64,000 nt of DNA from a bacterium. GTDB lineage: Bacteria; UBA8248. The notes under the pieces were generated by a model. It made no database searches. It had not been told where the DNA came from and saw nothing but the letters and a program-made list of their open reading frames with translations. Of the stretch, positions 50,586-64,000 are shown piece by piece. Both the position numbers and the translations under genes were made by a program. The stretch lies in assembly GCA_965213685.1 (NCBI GenBank), contig CBDBZY010000064.1, forward strand, positions 800,001 through 864,000, written 5' to 3'. Positions within the stretch are counted from its first letter, which is position 1. Each line of letters opens with the position of its first letter.

Positions 50586-51240
50586 GTGGAGTCTCCATTG
50601 ACACTAGGCTCTACCAACTCCCAAGACACTCCCAAGCTAGTGAGCCTCCGTTGTCTCCTTGCAGGCTCCGTACCAGCTCCTCCGCTGTTCTCCCTCATGG
50701 GGAGAGATGGGCCTCCACTGTTGTCCACCTCCTCTCTCCCAAGCTGGCCAATTTCTGCCTCTGCTGTGCCAAAGGACACTGGAGCCACAAACAACAGCGC
50801 ACTGGCACTCCCCGTTTTCAGCTCCATTCCACCAAAGTTGGTGAAGTGCTTACTTGAGAAGCAGTATGTGGAGATGTGGGAGATGCTCCGGGAGACTTGG
50901 CAATTAGAGGCAGAGTCGACCTGCTGCCATGCTAAGCACCCCAAACACAGCCTGGTGATGGACATCAGCGTGTGGATGGAGTGTTTTGCCACAATAGCAG
51001 CAGTGCTGTCATCGGCATACCCGGACGAGGCTCCCTACTTCTTTGCCTACCTTCGTACTTCTACAAATTGTCCCCACACACTGCCGATGCAGGAGGACCA
51101 AAAGTCACAAAGTCGTCGAGATAGGACACACCTTTTTGTCTCAAGATCCATGCGAGGGCATCGGCAATCACCGTGAATATCTTTGGTGTCGAGCGGAGGC
51201 CGAAAGGCAACATCCCATCGATGTACAGGTTATGTATTTG
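50586..51240. mobile_element. DIRS/Ngaro remnant: gag-like fragment (+, ~50586-51060) abutting an inverted reverse transcriptase fragment (-, ~51240-51064)
   Basis: Plus strand: IPPKLVKCLLEKQYVEMWEML...DISVWMECFATIAAVL...FFAYLRT. Minus strand: LYIDGMLPFGLRSTPKIFTVIADALAWIL...YLDDF. Confidence 0.8.
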
Positions 51241-51861
51241 TGAGTCATTTCCAACTCTTTCGAGGCTGAGTAACACTCCTGATTTTCTAGTCAGAGTGTG
51301 CACTCTTTCACTATTTTGTACACGATTATTTGTGGGAAGGATATGTTACATATCTAGTGTACCATCTATTATTTGATGGATGTCTTGAAATTTGGTACAC
51401 AAGTATTGTCAGTGAATGACTCAGTATCATTAATATTGCATGTATTGTATCTATGTCTGTACAGTGATGTGATACATATACGTATATATATTGTATTGAG
51501 CTTACAATGTAATGTGCAACAGTTTAGTAAACCACTACTGCGTAATACAGGAACAAATCAGCAAGTGTACTACAATAATTATCAAGAGTCAATGGTCACA
51601 GTAATTAGACAATCACTGTTGTGGATAGTCTCAGATCACTGTCTTTTTTCTTCCCAAATGGGTGATCATAGAGTGGATTCTCAAGTACAATCACCGCATC
51701 AGATGAGAGAGCACACACTGTGTGGATATATGTATTTAATAAATTAATGCTAGTACCTGTATTTGTGTAATTCGTAAGAAAGGTAGGCATGGGTGAAACG
51801 TTAGCAGTAGAATAGTGCCAGTGGTAATAGTTAATGATATGTGCTTTGCACTTTCACATGC

Positions 51862-63690
<11,829 letters not shown>

Positions 63691-64000
63691 GTTGTGAGAG
63701 AAAAAGCTGATATAAACAGCATGCTGTCTTCTATCCTATCACGGACACAGCAGACCAAGACAGGTCACTGTTTCATTTTTTTTCTTTTGGGGGGTGGGGG
63801 AGGTAGGCAATGTGCAAGTGATGATAAAGAAAGAGATGAGCAATCCCTTTCATTACAGCCAAGTATGGAAGAGCAAAGCAATTTAAGTGTTAGGTCAAGG
63901 CTATATATGAAGTAATCCCCCTTCTCTTGATCACGTGTGTATCTCTAGATTTCATCATCACTCTCACCATCCCCAGTTCCACTACCCACTCCTACAAACA

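Noticed and set aside
51605-51790. Extra C-terminal GPCR exon with an NPLY motif
   Set aside because: The candidate donor and acceptor phases do not join in frame, so it cannot be supported without transcripts.

Overview
This is AT-rich, intron-containing eukaryotic DNA with no prokaryotic gene structure. The gene families, short introns and repeat types suggest an early-branching animal, most likely a demosponge (inference). (1) 1-11.2 kb: a cluster of three intact two-exon paralogues, plus a decayed fourth. Each encodes Pro-rich region - CABIT-like (THEMIS/GAREM-type) domain - acidic Tyr motifs - C-terminal SAM, and all share a phase-0 intron just before the SAM exon. (2) 12.7-22 kb: a recent inverted duplication of a Cys-rich multi-pass membrane protein gene. 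One copy is intact, the other is frameshifted by 1 nt and bracketed by a ~1.3-1.5 kb direct repeat. (3) 22-51 kb: a transposon-rich stretch with several MITEs, an 884-bp internally deleted Gypsy LTR element with TSD/PBS/PPT, and remnants of a hAT BED finger, a pogo transposase with PHD finger and DIRS/Ngaro elements. It also holds HIRAN-like, BEN-domain and kinase fragments, a tRNA-derived element, minisatellites and a duplication-inversion scar. (4) 51.9-64 kb: a large multi-exon adhesion GPCR on the minus strand with an unusual ectodomain (NIDO, Ig-like, EGF + thrombospondin type-3-like repeats, HormR, GAIN/GPS, 7TM). All family assignments come from reading motifs by eye, not from database searches.
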